Shown one piece after another: positions 28,821-38,691 of a stretch of 64,000 nucleotides of DNA; the first letter of the stretch is position 1; each line of letters opens with the position of its first letter. The notes under the pieces were generated by a model, which worked only from the letters and a program-made list of their open reading frames with translations, was not told where the DNA came from and did not search any database. The DNA comes from Rhodothermaceae bacterium (GTDB lineage: Bacteria; Bacteroidota; Rhodothermia; Rhodothermales; JAHQVL01). The position numbers and the translations under genes were made by a program. The stretch spans positions 24,992-88,991 of the forward strand of contig JAHQVL010000167.1 of the NCBI GenBank assembly GCA_019634345.1. Reading direction: 5' to 3'.

Positions 28821-31196
28821 CTAATACTGAAACATGGCAACAATTCCGCGGAGGGACTGCGACATTTTTGCGAGTTCCTCTGTAGCGGTTTTACTTTCTT
28901 TTGCTCCTGTAGAGGTATTATCGGCAGCCATAGCAACGTGAGAAATATTTTCTGCAATTTCAGAGCTTCCTTTTGCTGCCTCATGCACGTTTCGTGCAAT
29001 TTCGGTCGTGGTGCTTGTTTGCTCCTCAACAGCCGCTGCAATAGTACCCTGGATGTCGTTTATCTGGCCGATTATTGAGCCAATCTTAGATATAGCATCA
29101 ACAGCCCCTTTTGTATCAGTCTGAATGGCTTCGATCTTCTGGCTGATTTCTTCGGTTGCCTGAGCGGTTTGTTTAGCCAATTCTTTTACTTCGTTTGCGA
29201 CCACGGCAAACCCTTTTCCTGCCTCTCCGGCTCGTGCTGCCTCGATCGTAGCATTCAGAGCAAGTAGGTTTGTTTGTTGTGCGATGGAAGTAATAACCTT
29301 GATCACATTGCCAATTTCTGCACTGCTCTCACCGAGCTTAGTAACGGTGATATTGGTTTTTTCAGCTGCATCAACAGCCTCTGCAGCGACACGTGCGGCT
29401 TCACCGGCGTTAGTGGCCACCTCTTTAATACTGGCTGACATTTCTTCTGCCCCAGCTGCAACCGTCTGAATGTTAGAACTGACTTCCTCAGCAGAAGACG
29501 CGACTGTGGTTGCCTGGCTAGAGGTTTCCCCTGCACTCTCACCCATGTTATCACTAAGCGCGGCCATTTCGTCTGCTGCTGCAGAAAGGTGTTGGGCGTT
29601 CTCGTCAATTGAACCGATAATTTCTTTGAGTTTTGAGAAGAACCCTCTAAGGGCGCCCCCCATCTGGCCAATAGGATCATCGCCAGCAACTGAAAGTTCT
29701 CGCGTTAAGTCCCCCTGCGCGGCCGCATTTACAACCTCAAGAATTTCAGTTACACAGTGCTCAAGCCGTTCACGAGCTTCAACCTCTTGCGTAATTTCCC
29801 TTGCATATTTGATAACCTTAAAAGGCTTACCGTCTGAGTCAAGCAACGGCGTGTAGGAAGCAGAAAGCCAGATTACATTTCCACGGCTTGTAACCCGTTT
29901 GAATTCACCTGCTTGCGTCTCTCCTTGATTCAGGCGTTCCCAAAGCATCCTGTAATCGCTCGTCATCGCAAATTCAGGTTCAACAAACATGCGATGATGA
30001 CGGCCATCGATCTCATTCCAGGAATATCCCATTGCCGACAAGAAATTGCTATTGGCCTTGAGGACCTCCCCGTTCATGTTGAACTCAATAACAGCCTGAG
30101 AGTCCGAAATCGCTTCAATCTGCCCCTGGTAATCCAGGTTCTTCAACTTCTCTTCCGTGATGTCGGTCGCATACTTAACAACTTTGAAAGGGACTCCGTT
30201 GTCATCCATAATCGGATTGTAAGAAACCTGAAACCAGACATCACGCCCGTCAATCGATTGCTCCAGATACTCCCCTACCTGACTGTTTCCTTGCTTTAGC
30301 TGCCTCCAGAGTTCTCTGTATGCGCTGGAGTTTGCAAATTTATCCCCAACCAATGAACTATGATTCCTACCGATTGCATCTTCGCGAGCATACCCAAGGG
30401 CATTTAGGTAGATTTGGTTGACAGCCAAGACGGTACCATCCATTTCAAGTTCTACAACCCCTTGAGCATTGGCAATAGCATCCAATTGTCCTCTAAAGCT
30501 GGCTGCCTCGAGTTGCTTTCCAACCAGATAATTATTGATTTGATCAAGGTGATCCCCTCGATCTGTTTCACGTGTTGTGGTTATCGAATCAAAAGGAAAC
30601 CCAAAGCTTTCCAGTCCGCTGTAAATGGTGGCTTCAACAACAGCTTGCAGGTCATAGTTAAAGATACGGGTCACAACTGCCATAACTCGATCCACGTAAT
30701 CTCGATCTTCAAATGATTCTTTGAGATACTTGTGGACCAACATCGTAAATTCGGTATATGAACCGATGTACCATTTGTAGGGCAGGTTGATGCGATGATG
30801 AACTTCACCAATTTTAAGGCGGCTTTCAAAGTAATTCACATCCCAATTACTTTTTGCTCCTTGAAAGCAAGCAACTAAATAGGATTGTTGTGCATTTTCC
30901 AGGTAGGTGCGCAAATTCACCACCGACATTCCTTTCTCTGCCGCCATGTGTTCAAAAAAGGCAGATGTTCTGGAAAACGTAAACTGGAAGTCATAAAACT
31001 CGCGCGCAATTTTGGGTGCATGTTCTTCCATCCATGGAATCATATCTACACAAAGCGCACGTTCCTCTTCTCCCAGTCGTAAGAATTCGCGGCGATAGGA
31101 CAGATTATCGTTATCGATGTCAAATTTAGCAGAAAGGGACTTGTGCCCACCAGCACCCACCTTTTCCTTTATCGAATTTAATGTTTGATGCGTCAT
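28821..31196 (-). CDS. Soluble methyl-accepting chemotaxis protein: globin-coupled sensor (protoglobin) domain, two PAS domains, HAMP-like segment, MCP signalling domain
   Basis: No TM segment. Protoglobin-like [23 protein letters not shown]. Two PAS repeats ([16 protein letters not shown]..., [16 protein letters not shown]...). Conserved hairpin tip [33 protein letters not shown]. Confidence 0.9.
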   Translation of the reverse strand: MTHQTLNSIKEKVGAGGHKSLSAKFDIDNDNLSYRREFLRLGEEERALCVDMIPWMEEHAPKIAREFYDFQFTFSRTSAFFEHMAAEKGMSVVNLRTYLENAQQSYLVACFQGAKSNWDVNYFESRLKIGEVHHRINLPYKWYIGSYTEFTMLVHKYLKESFEDRDYVDRVMAVVTRIFNYDLQAVVEATIYSGLESFGFPFDSITTTRETDRGDHLDQINNYLVGKQLEAASFRGQLDAIANAQGVVELEMDGTVLAVNQIYLNALGYAREDAIGRNHSSLVGDKFANSSAYRELWRQLKQGNSQVGEYLEQSIDGRDVWFQVSYNPIMDDNGVPFKVVKYATDITEEKLKNLDYQGQIEAISDSQAVIEFNMNGEVLKANSNFLSAMGYSWNEIDGRHHRMFVEPEFAMTSDYRMLWERLNQGETQAGEFKRVTSRGNVIWLSASYTPLLDSDGKPFKVIKYAREITQEVEARERLEHCVTEILEVVNAAAQGDLTRELSVAGDDPIGQMGGALRGFFSKLKEIIGSIDENAQHLSAAADEMAALSDNMGESAGETSSQATTVASSAEEVSSNIQTVAAGAEEMSASIKEVATNAGEAARVAAEAVDAAEKTNITVTKLGESSAEIGNVIKVITSIAQQTNLLALNATIEAARAGEAGKGFAVVANEVKELAKQTAQATEEISQKIEAIQTDTKGAVDAISKIGSIIGQINDIQGTIAAAVEEQTSTTTEIARNVHEAAKGSSEIAENISHVAMAADNTSTGAKESKTATEELAKMSQSLRGIVAMFQY

Positions 31197-31238
31197 TACA
31201 ATGCCTTTTTCTCTAGCTTAGAAATTTTGTATCGTTCT

Positions 31239-31715
31239 CTATTCTATTACTGGAACAAGTCCAGACCTCCCATTGAATGTTTCTGTGAACAATTCCACAG
31301 TTCTTGCGACGTCCATCACCAGCAGCAGTTGGCTGTCTAGTTTGTAGACCCCGTTAATGAGCTGCTGAATGCCATCTTCAAGTGTTTGTGGGGGTGGTTC
31401 GAAAGAGCTTTCGTTGGGTTCAACTACATCACCAATGCTATCAACCAGAAAGCTAACTACTTCATCATCTGTACAGATAACAACATTCATGCTTCGTTGG
31501 CTGGCTTCATCTTCAGACTCAATACCTAGCCACTTTCCTAAGTTTATCGCCGTAACCACCTGCCCTCTTAAGTTTATCAATCCACTTATCACGCTCGGTG
31601 CCAGTGGCACTTCGGTCATCTCTTGAGGAAGGATGATTTCCTGAACATTTAGCACATCAATCCCGAATAGCATGTCATCGAGTTGGAAGGTGCAAAACTG
31701 TTTTTGGTCGTTCAT
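31239..31715 (-). CDS. cheW: Chemotaxis coupling protein CheW
   Basis: 158 aa CheW-like fold (FCTFQLDDMLFGIDVLNVQEI). Starts 2 nt after the cheA stop. Confidence 0.9.
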   Translation of the reverse strand: MNDQKQFCTFQLDDMLFGIDVLNVQEIILPQEMTEVPLAPSVISGLINLRGQVVTAINLGKWLGIESEDEASQRSMNVVICTDDEVVSFLVDSIGDVVEPNESSFEPPPQTLEDGIQQLINGVYKLDSQLLLVMDVARTVELFTETFNGRSGLVPVIE

Positions 31716-31717
31716 AT

Positions 31718-34483
31718 CTATCCGATCGTTTGTTCGGTTTGAATCGCCTCGTTCAATTCAAAAAGGCTGGTATCTACTCGCTCCAGCACATCTTTGATAT
31801 TGACTATTTCGGTGACTTGATTTTGTATTACCTGCACCCCACTGATAATGCCAGTTCGTTCATTACCAACAACTCGCTCGTCCACAACATCTACAATTTC
31901 ATCCACGATGAGCCCCACATTAAGCCCATTTTTGGAGCACACAATCACCTGCATATAGTCCTCGGAATCGGGATTGGAGCGGCCTCCACCCAGGAGTTGA
32001 GTCAACCACACGAGGGGCATCAGGTATCCCCTGTATTGAATCACCGTTTGATTTCCAGCGGACTCTAACTGAGAAGCTTTAATTTCTTCCAGCCTTGAAA
32101 TCGCGGACAACAGCACAGCTACTTGCCTGTTCTCAGAAACTCTGGCAAGAAGGAACGTAGCATGCTCAGAAGATTCTTTTCTAACCGTATTTTTTCCAGA
32201 CTTGCGCAAATTCTGCTCTTTAGCCATCACATTTCCTTTGTGGGCTATCCCAACGACATCAAGGATCAGCGCAACCTTTCCATCGCCCATTATGGTAGCT
32301 CCAGCCAGGATAGGGATTGACTTCAGCAATTTACTCAGCGGCTTTACAACCACTTCTTCTGTATCAATCACTTCGTCGACGACCAGGCCAAAGACCTGGT
32401 TTTCAGCTTGAAGAACAATAATGTTAATGGCTACAGTATCTTCCTTACTTCCAGTTTCAACGGGTACTGGTGCTTCTCCTGAAGCTTCTTGACTCTCTTT
32501 TTTAGCCTGAGGTTTGAAGGAGATACCCTCAGTATCTTCTTTCAGTTCAAGTTCTTTTCGTAGAAATACGAGCGGGAGGAGCTTCCCTCTCAACCGATAG
32601 ATTGGCGTCCCCTGAACCATCTCAATTTCTTTATTGATCTGTTCGCCTTCTAGACGGACCAACTCCAGTAGATTTACCTGAGGAATGGCAAATCGATGCG
32701 ATGCCACCTTAACCATCAAGGCGGGAATAATCGCAAGTGTGAGAGGGATTTTGATCCGTATCGTTGTGCCAAGATCAATCTTACTCATCACCTCCACGGA
32801 ACCGCCAATACGTTCGATGTACGTTTTCACAACGTCCATCCCTACGCCACGACCTGAGATATTACTGACCTTTTTGGCTGTAGACAAACCAGGCTTAAAG
32901 ATGAGCCCAAGCATTTCACGTTCCGTCATGCGAGCCGCTTCAGCTTGTGTGATTACTCCATTTGCAACGGCTTTATCTCGCACCTTCTCTGCATTAATCC
33001 CCCCTCCATCGTCAACAATCTCTATAATTACACTGCCGCCTTCGTGGAATGCATGGAGAAGCAACCTTCCTTCAGCAGACTTCCCCTTTTTTATTCGATC
33101 TTCCGGCATCTCAATGCCATGATCCACCGAATTTCGAACGAGGTGAGTGAGAGGATCCTTAATTGCTTCAATAATAGTCTTATCAAGCTCTGTATCCTCT
33201 CCTTCCATTTCTACACGTGCCTGTTTGTTACACGCTTTGGAGAGATCCCGTACTACCCTGGGAAACTTGCGCCAAATAGTCCCGATTGTTTGCATCCGGG
33301 TTTTCATAACCCCTTCTTGCAATTCGGTAACGATTAAATTGAGATCTTGTGTAGAGTTAGCCAATCCTAGATTGGAATTCTCAGTAGTGAATTGTAGAAT
33401 TTGGTTTCGAGTGAGCACGAGCTCCCCGACCAAATTCATCAAGCTATCCAGCAGCCCTACGTCTACTCGAATACTGTTGTCTGTTAAGCTCGATTTATCT
33501 TTTCCAGTTGCTTTTTTCGCAGCCTTGGCATCCGTCTTTTCCGTTCCCTTCCCGGTAGTAGGGGTATTTTCTTTCGATTTTTCGTCTTCCTCAGGCTTCT
33601 TAACCTCTTCCTTATCCTTCTGAGGTTCACCGGACAAGAGCCGGTTTGCTGTGTCAATGAGCTTCTTAAATTGAAGGTCACCCTCTGTATCTAGAATCTC
33701 AATATTTGACAAGATCTGCCCAGCCCCATTGAGCAAATTTTCCAACGTAGTTTTGGCCTCCCCTTCAAAGACCACTTTTTTGCTTGCAACTGCTTTAAGG
33801 ATGTTTCTGAAAGAAAGGAGCAAAAGAGCCAGGTTTCGAAAGCTTAGAAACCCTCCCGTCCCTCGAATTACTTCAGTATGCTTAATTATTTCTGAAATCA
33901 GCGCTTCATCAATAGCGTCACTATCTACGTCTTTGAGCAGCTTTTCAGCTTCTTCCAGGTGCCCAAAACTTTGCGACAAGAACTCTTTGACAATATCATC
34001 CTTCCCTTCCACATCCGGTGGTGGGGGGGCATCAGGCTTTTTTTCTACTGGTTGCTCAGCGGGTTTTGCAGAGCCGGATGAGGTCGCGGTAGGGACCTCA
34101 CCAGAATGCAAGCATTTGAGTGTTTCAATAAGCTCAGCATAGGCTTCTTCCCCGTCTCTACCCGTCTCCTCGATGCTTACCAATACTTCCCTTAATGCAT
34201 CAACGAGTTCGAAGAGGGCGCCAACAACCTCAGTATTCGCCTCAACCCGATCTTTTCGAACGGCGTCGAGGAGCTCTTCTCCGACATGAGCAATACCGAC
34301 CAACTTCTCAAAATTAAGGAAGCCTCCTGTACCTTTGATTGTATGGACAGCTCTAAAAATTCGCGCAATCACTTCAGGATCTTCAGATTGCTGTTCCATT
34401 TCGAGGAGATCTTCATCAAGAGTATCCAGATACTCGAAGCTCTCAATAAGAAAGTCTTTTACTAATTCGTTTTGGTCATCCAT
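31718..34483 (-). CDS. cheA: Chemotaxis histidine kinase CheA with two N-terminal Hpt-like domains and two C-terminal CheW-like domains
   Basis: P1 motif AVHTIKGTGGFL, a second P1-like EVIRGTGGFL, HATPase HLVRNSVDHGIE...GRGVGMDVV, then two CheW-like segments. Confidence 0.9.
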   Translation of the reverse strand: MDDQNELVKDFLIESFEYLDTLDEDLLEMEQQSEDPEVIARIFRAVHTIKGTGGFLNFEKLVGIAHVGEELLDAVRKDRVEANTEVVGALFELVDALREVLVSIEETGRDGEEAYAELIETLKCLHSGEVPTATSSGSAKPAEQPVEKKPDAPPPPDVEGKDDIVKEFLSQSFGHLEEAEKLLKDVDSDAIDEALISEIIKHTEVIRGTGGFLSFRNLALLLLSFRNILKAVASKKVVFEGEAKTTLENLLNGAGQILSNIEILDTEGDLQFKKLIDTANRLLSGEPQKDKEEVKKPEEDEKSKENTPTTGKGTEKTDAKAAKKATGKDKSSLTDNSIRVDVGLLDSLMNLVGELVLTRNQILQFTTENSNLGLANSTQDLNLIVTELQEGVMKTRMQTIGTIWRKFPRVVRDLSKACNKQARVEMEGEDTELDKTIIEAIKDPLTHLVRNSVDHGIEMPEDRIKKGKSAEGRLLLHAFHEGGSVIIEIVDDGGGINAEKVRDKAVANGVITQAEAARMTEREMLGLIFKPGLSTAKKVSNISGRGVGMDVVKTYIERIGGSVEVMSKIDLGTTIRIKIPLTLAIIPALMVKVASHRFAIPQVNLLELVRLEGEQINKEIEMVQGTPIYRLRGKLLPLVFLRKELELKEDTEGISFKPQAKKESQEASGEAPVPVETGSKEDTVAINIIVLQAENQVFGLVVDEVIDTEEVVVKPLSKLLKSIPILAGATIMGDGKVALILDVVGIAHKGNVMAKEQNLRKSGKNTVRKESSEHATFLLARVSENRQVAVLLSAISRLEEIKASQLESAGNQTVIQYRGYLMPLVWLTQLLGGGRSNPDSEDYMQVIVCSKNGLNVGLIVDEIVDVVDERVVGNERTGIISGVQVIQNQVTEIVNIKDVLERVDTSLFELNEAIQTEQTIG

Positions 34484-34623
34484 ATTCGAATAAGAGCGAG
34501 GGTATAACTCCGAATAGTGAGCATTAAACAGGTACTTCTGTTCACTTTGTAGATTAGAAATCGACCGATGCTGGGAATTTATAAGGGAGCATCCGGATTA
34601 TTTTTCCTTCGAGAACGAGTCGC

Positions 34624-35796
34624 TTAAACAGCAATTGCTTTAACGTCCTCTAGCTTACCAGAAATCCAGTGTCTAAGGGATTTGATATTCAGGATGTTCG
34701 AAGGTATATCCCGCTGTTGTTCTCTCCACGATTGGAAATCAATAATGTGCTTCCCTTCTGGAGCAACTGAGGGTAGGTAATCCATGATCATTACCTGTAT
34801 AGCGTCCTCGTCTTCCTTTAGCTGACCAAAGTTTGTCTCGCAGCCTAATGCTGATAGTATGTATCGCAATAAGACGCGTTCTTCCCCATTACCAATACCA
34901 ACAGAAACACAGATCTTGGTCTCGTTATCAACCGGGATGGGATCTACCTTTTGCCCTAAAATGAGGGTGCTAAGATCAGTGACCATTTTGGGTAACCTGG
35001 TCAGTATATCCTGGATATCTTCCTGATTCACGCGAGGATGGGGTACCAACAAATCAGTCGTAATCATGTTATACGGATTTCCGCTCTCACAATAGCCGGC
35101 TATTTTCGCCAGTAAATTTGCACTTCGAACCACGTTTGCTAGCGTGCCTGTAATGGGATCAGGCCCATCATGATGAAAGCTAATGGCTTTCATAAAGTGA
35201 CTTGACAATTTCCAGTGCCGGCTTATCTGCCCGGCAAGATTTGCATGCGTTACCCCAAAGGCACCAAGTTCTATAAATTCTATGGGCCGCTTGGTTTGAA
35301 CGACTTCTTCAATGACCGTTCTATATGCACTGGGATCATAATTCAACAAAGCAAGCTTTCCGACATCGTGAATCAAGCCGGCGATAAAGCATTTGTCAGC
35401 CGCTGGAATGTGCATCTTTTCTGCAAGCATTCTTGCTGCTATAGCTACTGAAATACAATGCTTCCAAAAGTTCAAATCCCCTAGAGGCCACTCTTCAGTT
35501 GAATCCTCACGAATACTTCGCGTCATATAAGCCATGACGGAGTCCATAATGCGCCCCTGGCCCAAGAAGACGATGGCACGATCAAGTGAGTCTACTGCTC
35601 TACCTGATGCATTGTACATCGGAGAGTTAGCAAGGCTAACGATCATCGTGCTTAATATAGGGTCCGTTTCGATAACCTTCGTTAATTCCTTGAAATCAAC
35701 CGGATCCTGGCGAGCCAGGTAGAGGACTCGATCAGCAACACTTGGCAGAGGTTTTATAAACGAAGTTAGTTTCAGTAAAAAAGGATCGTGGTCCAT
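34624..35796 (-). CDS. HDOD domain signalling protein, first gene of the che operon
   Basis: HDOD signature GLIHDVGKLAL and surrounding helices. C-terminal ~100 aa or so unassigned. Confidence 0.85.
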   Translation of the reverse strand: MDHDPFLLKLTSFIKPLPSVADRVLYLARQDPVDFKELTKVIETDPILSTMIVSLANSPMYNASGRAVDSLDRAIVFLGQGRIMDSVMAYMTRSIREDSTEEWPLGDLNFWKHCISVAIAARMLAEKMHIPAADKCFIAGLIHDVGKLALLNYDPSAYRTVIEEVVQTKRPIEFIELGAFGVTHANLAGQISRHWKLSSHFMKAISFHHDGPDPITGTLANVVRSANLLAKIAGYCESGNPYNMITTDLLVPHPRVNQEDIQDILTRLPKMVTDLSTLILGQKVDPIPVDNETKICVSVGIGNGEERVLLRYILSALGCETNFGQLKEDEDAIQVMIMDYLPSVAPEGKHIIDFQSWREQQRDIPSNILNIKSLRHWISGKLEDVKAIAV

Positions 35797-35940
35797 AGGT
35801 ACTACGTCGCTAATGTAAAGGGATCTGAAATTCAGACAATTACTAAAATGTCCCTTTTTATATCGACCAAGATTCTCTTTTTTTCAGCCTAAGCTCCCTA
35901 TTTGATTCGATTTAATTTCACTCGAGAGAGGCCAAGACCC

Positions 35941-35967
35941 TTATCGGCAAAATAGATATGATTGTTA
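35941..35967 (-). promoter_or_regulatory. Candidate sigma-28 (FliA)-type promoter TAAC-N15-GCCGATAA upstream of the HDOD-che operon
   Basis: The minus strand reads TAAC (35967-35964), a 15-nt spacer, then GCCGATAA (35948-35941). This is about 145 nt upstream of the HDOD ATG. The -35 element overlaps the ddl stop codon. Confidence 0.45.
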
Positions 35968-37257
35968 TGCCTTTGTCCCCTTTGCGCCAGTGGCGCGCAT
36001 CGCTAGAAGGTTTGTTTTATAGGTGCGTACAAAACGGGAGCGTTCCTTGTGTTTTTTCAACCCCATTTGAATAAGCTCATGCACCAGGCGATGGAACGGT
36101 ACTCCACTGGGCTCCCAAAGATAAAATGAAAAAGACCCAGGAATCGTGTTGATTTCGTTGAAATACACTTCCTCGGTGACACTATCCATGAGAAAATCGA
36201 TGCGTGCTACACCCGCGCATTCAAAAAGCTGAAAGACATTCACTGCAAGCGTTTGAATCTGCTGTGTTTTAGTGTCAGATAACGGGGCAGGGATCACTCG
36301 ATCTAAAGAAGCCATACCTGCGGACGAGCCAGCATCCTTGGTTCCTGTTGCTTTTGTGCCTTGCTGCCCGTCGTTTCGCATGTATTTTTCTTGAAACGAG
36401 AGCAATTTTTCACCCGTCAGAGGCTCTTCCAATACACTTGCCCTTGCAGCACGCACATCACCAATTACGGAGCAATTAATTTCGCGTAAATTAGGTACCG
36501 CATGTTCAATGACGATCTTGTCGTCGTATCGAAAAGCGTCTTCTATGGCTGCATCCAGTTCATTCCGATCTTCTACCCTAGCTATCCCAATGGACGAACC
36601 AAGCCTCGCTGGTTTCACAATCATGGGATAGCCTAATTTCTCGCATTTATCAAGGCATTGATTCTCTCGGTTTGCCCATTCGTGTTCTTTGAAAGAAACG
36701 AAAGGTACAATAGGAATTCCTTGATCCCGGCAGACCATCTTTGAAATCACTTTGTCCATCCCTAACGAAGAACCCAGCACCCCGCTTCCGCAATAGGGAA
36801 TCCCATACGTTTCACAGATTCCTTGTACCCCGCCATTTTCACCTTCGCCTCCATGAAGAGCAATGAACATCATATCCAAGGGGATGTGCAAAATCTGCTT
36901 ACCGAACCACTTCTTGGGCACATCAGCTACCAGCGAGACGCCCCCAACGGGTTTCCTTTGGAGGTGCACTTGTTGGGCTATGAGAGTAAGTGTATCTAAA
37001 TCCTTAAATGCTTCCAGATTCAACAATTCAGTCCCTGTAAACCATCCTCCATCTTTAGCAATATAAATAGGAATGGGCCTGTAGCGGCGTCCATCCAGGG
37101 CAGCGACTACTTGAAGTGCAGTAATTACGGACACCTCGTGCTCGGGGGACTGCCCACCAAAAATGATCCCGATGTTCAGAATATGTTCGTTAGCCTGATT
37201 ATTCAAATTAAATAGAGTAGAATTGTCCCTTATTATAGATAGCCCAAGCTCTTCCAA
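35965..37257 (-). CDS. ddl: D-alanine--D-alanine ligase family protein (long form)
   Basis: IGIIFGGQSPEHEVS, HGGEGENGGVQG, KPARLGSSIGI, EINTIPG. The listed ATG overlaps pyrC by 50 nt; a TTG 2 nt after the pyrC stop is an alternative start. Confidence 0.85.
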   Translation of the reverse strand: MEELGLSIIRDNSTLFNLNNQANEHILNIGIIFGGQSPEHEVSVITALQVVAALDGRRYRPIPIYIAKDGGWFTGTELLNLEAFKDLDTLTLIAQQVHLQRKPVGGVSLVADVPKKWFGKQILHIPLDMMFIALHGGEGENGGVQGICETYGIPYCGSGVLGSSLGMDKVISKMVCRDQGIPIVPFVSFKEHEWANRENQCLDKCEKLGYPMIVKPARLGSSIGIARVEDRNELDAAIEDAFRYDDKIVIEHAVPNLREINCSVIGDVRAARASVLEEPLTGEKLLSFQEKYMRNDGQQGTKATGTKDAGSSAGMASLDRVIPAPLSDTKTQQIQTLAVNVFQLFECAGVARIDFLMDSVTEEVYFNEINTIPGSFSFYLWEPSGVPFHRLVHELIQMGLKKHKERSRFVRTYKTNLLAMRATGAKGTKA

Positions 37258-38494
37258 TCAGTTCATCATTGACGAAGGGAGTGTTATTACTTTTCGACTG
37301 AATATGTTCTTCCTTAAATACCCATTGGGTAGAGGCATCAAATACGGTTAAGTTGGCGCTCTTTCCTTTTTCAATGCGAGGCAGTTCCAGCTTTAGAACC
37401 CGGTACGGCTCTACGGTCAATTTTCGAACAGCCTTTTCGACTGACAAGATCCCTGGATCAATGAGTTCTCGGCCCGTAAGCCCCCATGCCGTTTCCAAAC
37501 CTAAAATGCCAAAAGGAGCTTCGATAAACTCGACTTCTTTTTCAAATGAAGCGTGAGGTGCATGATCCGTGCAAATCACATCAATCGTATCGTCCCTCAA
37601 CCCTTCTTTAATGGCTGCGACCGAATCTTTATCTGCCAGAGGCGGATGCATTTTGGTATTCGTAGAAAACGTATGCGCCTCAACGGCTTCGTCAGTGAGT
37701 GTAAAGTGATGCGTACATACTTCAGCGGTTATTGAGATGCCTTTCGCTTTTGCTTCTCTCACCAGGTCTACGGCTCCTTTTGTGGAGATGTGAGCTACGT
37801 GTACGTGCCCGCCCGTAAAGCCGGCCAAAAGGATATCTCTTGCTATCATTACCTCCTCGGCGAGGCAAGGTATACCGGGAATTCCCAGGCGGGTCGAGAC
37901 GTCCCCTTCAAACATGTGCCCATCCGTGTTGAGCGTCTCCTCTTCCATATGGTTAATGATAGGTACACCTAACATGGAGCTATATTCCAGTGCTCGCCTC
38001 ATCAAGCCGGCATCTTGAACGGGAGAACCATCATCACTGAACGCAACTGCACCTCCTTCGACGAGATCCGCCATTTCGGTCAACTCCTTCCCCTCGCGCA
38101 TTTTAGACACACAGGCGATGGGATAAACGTCTACGATATTCCCAGCAGCTCGTTTTTTGATAAACTCGACCACGTCTCGCGTGTGAATCGGTGGATTCGT
38201 ATTTGGCATACAAGCCACAGCCGTAAACCCGCCAAAAGCAGCTGCTTTACACCCAGACTCAATGGTCTCTTTGTGCTCAAACCCGGGTTCACGTAGATGC
38301 ACGTGCATATCCATCCACCCCGGAGAAATATATTTATCAGTACAATCGTATACAGGCGTACCATTGGCATCCAGATTACTCCCTACATCTGCGATGATTC
38401 CATCTTTGATACGAACATCAACTTTTTTAGTATGGCCCGATTCAGGATCGAGAACTACGCCTCCTTTAAGAAGCAGGTCTGGAGTATGTGACAT
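37208..38494 (-). CDS. pyrC: Dihydroorotase (amidohydrolase, multifunctional-complex type)
   Basis: Metal-ligand motif DMHVHLREPG. 428 aa. Confidence 0.9.
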   Translation of the reverse strand: MSHTPDLLLKGGVVLDPESGHTKKVDVRIKDGIIADVGSNLDANGTPVYDCTDKYISPGWMDMHVHLREPGFEHKETIESGCKAAAFGGFTAVACMPNTNPPIHTRDVVEFIKKRAAGNIVDVYPIACVSKMREGKELTEMADLVEGGAVAFSDDGSPVQDAGLMRRALEYSSMLGVPIINHMEEETLNTDGHMFEGDVSTRLGIPGIPCLAEEVMIARDILLAGFTGGHVHVAHISTKGAVDLVREAKAKGISITAEVCTHHFTLTDEAVEAHTFSTNTKMHPPLADKDSVAAIKEGLRDDTIDVICTDHAPHASFEKEVEFIEAPFGILGLETAWGLTGRELIDPGILSVEKAVRKLTVEPYRVLKLELPRIEKGKSANLTVFDASTQWVFKEEHIQSKSNNTPFVNDELIGRAWAIYNKGQFYSI

Positions 38495-38691
38495 TTTTTG
38501 ATAGGATTTGAACGGTTCACAGCCTTACTGAATGCCAACCTGGTCATTAATACACGTCAAGCCGCAACACAGCTTGTACCTGGAGTGTCATAAATCACTC
38601 AGGATCAAGGATTGTTCTCGATTATAAGAGATATCCACGTAAAAAAGGTATTAAGTACACATGAAAATGGGTTCATTTTCGAACTTGAGGA

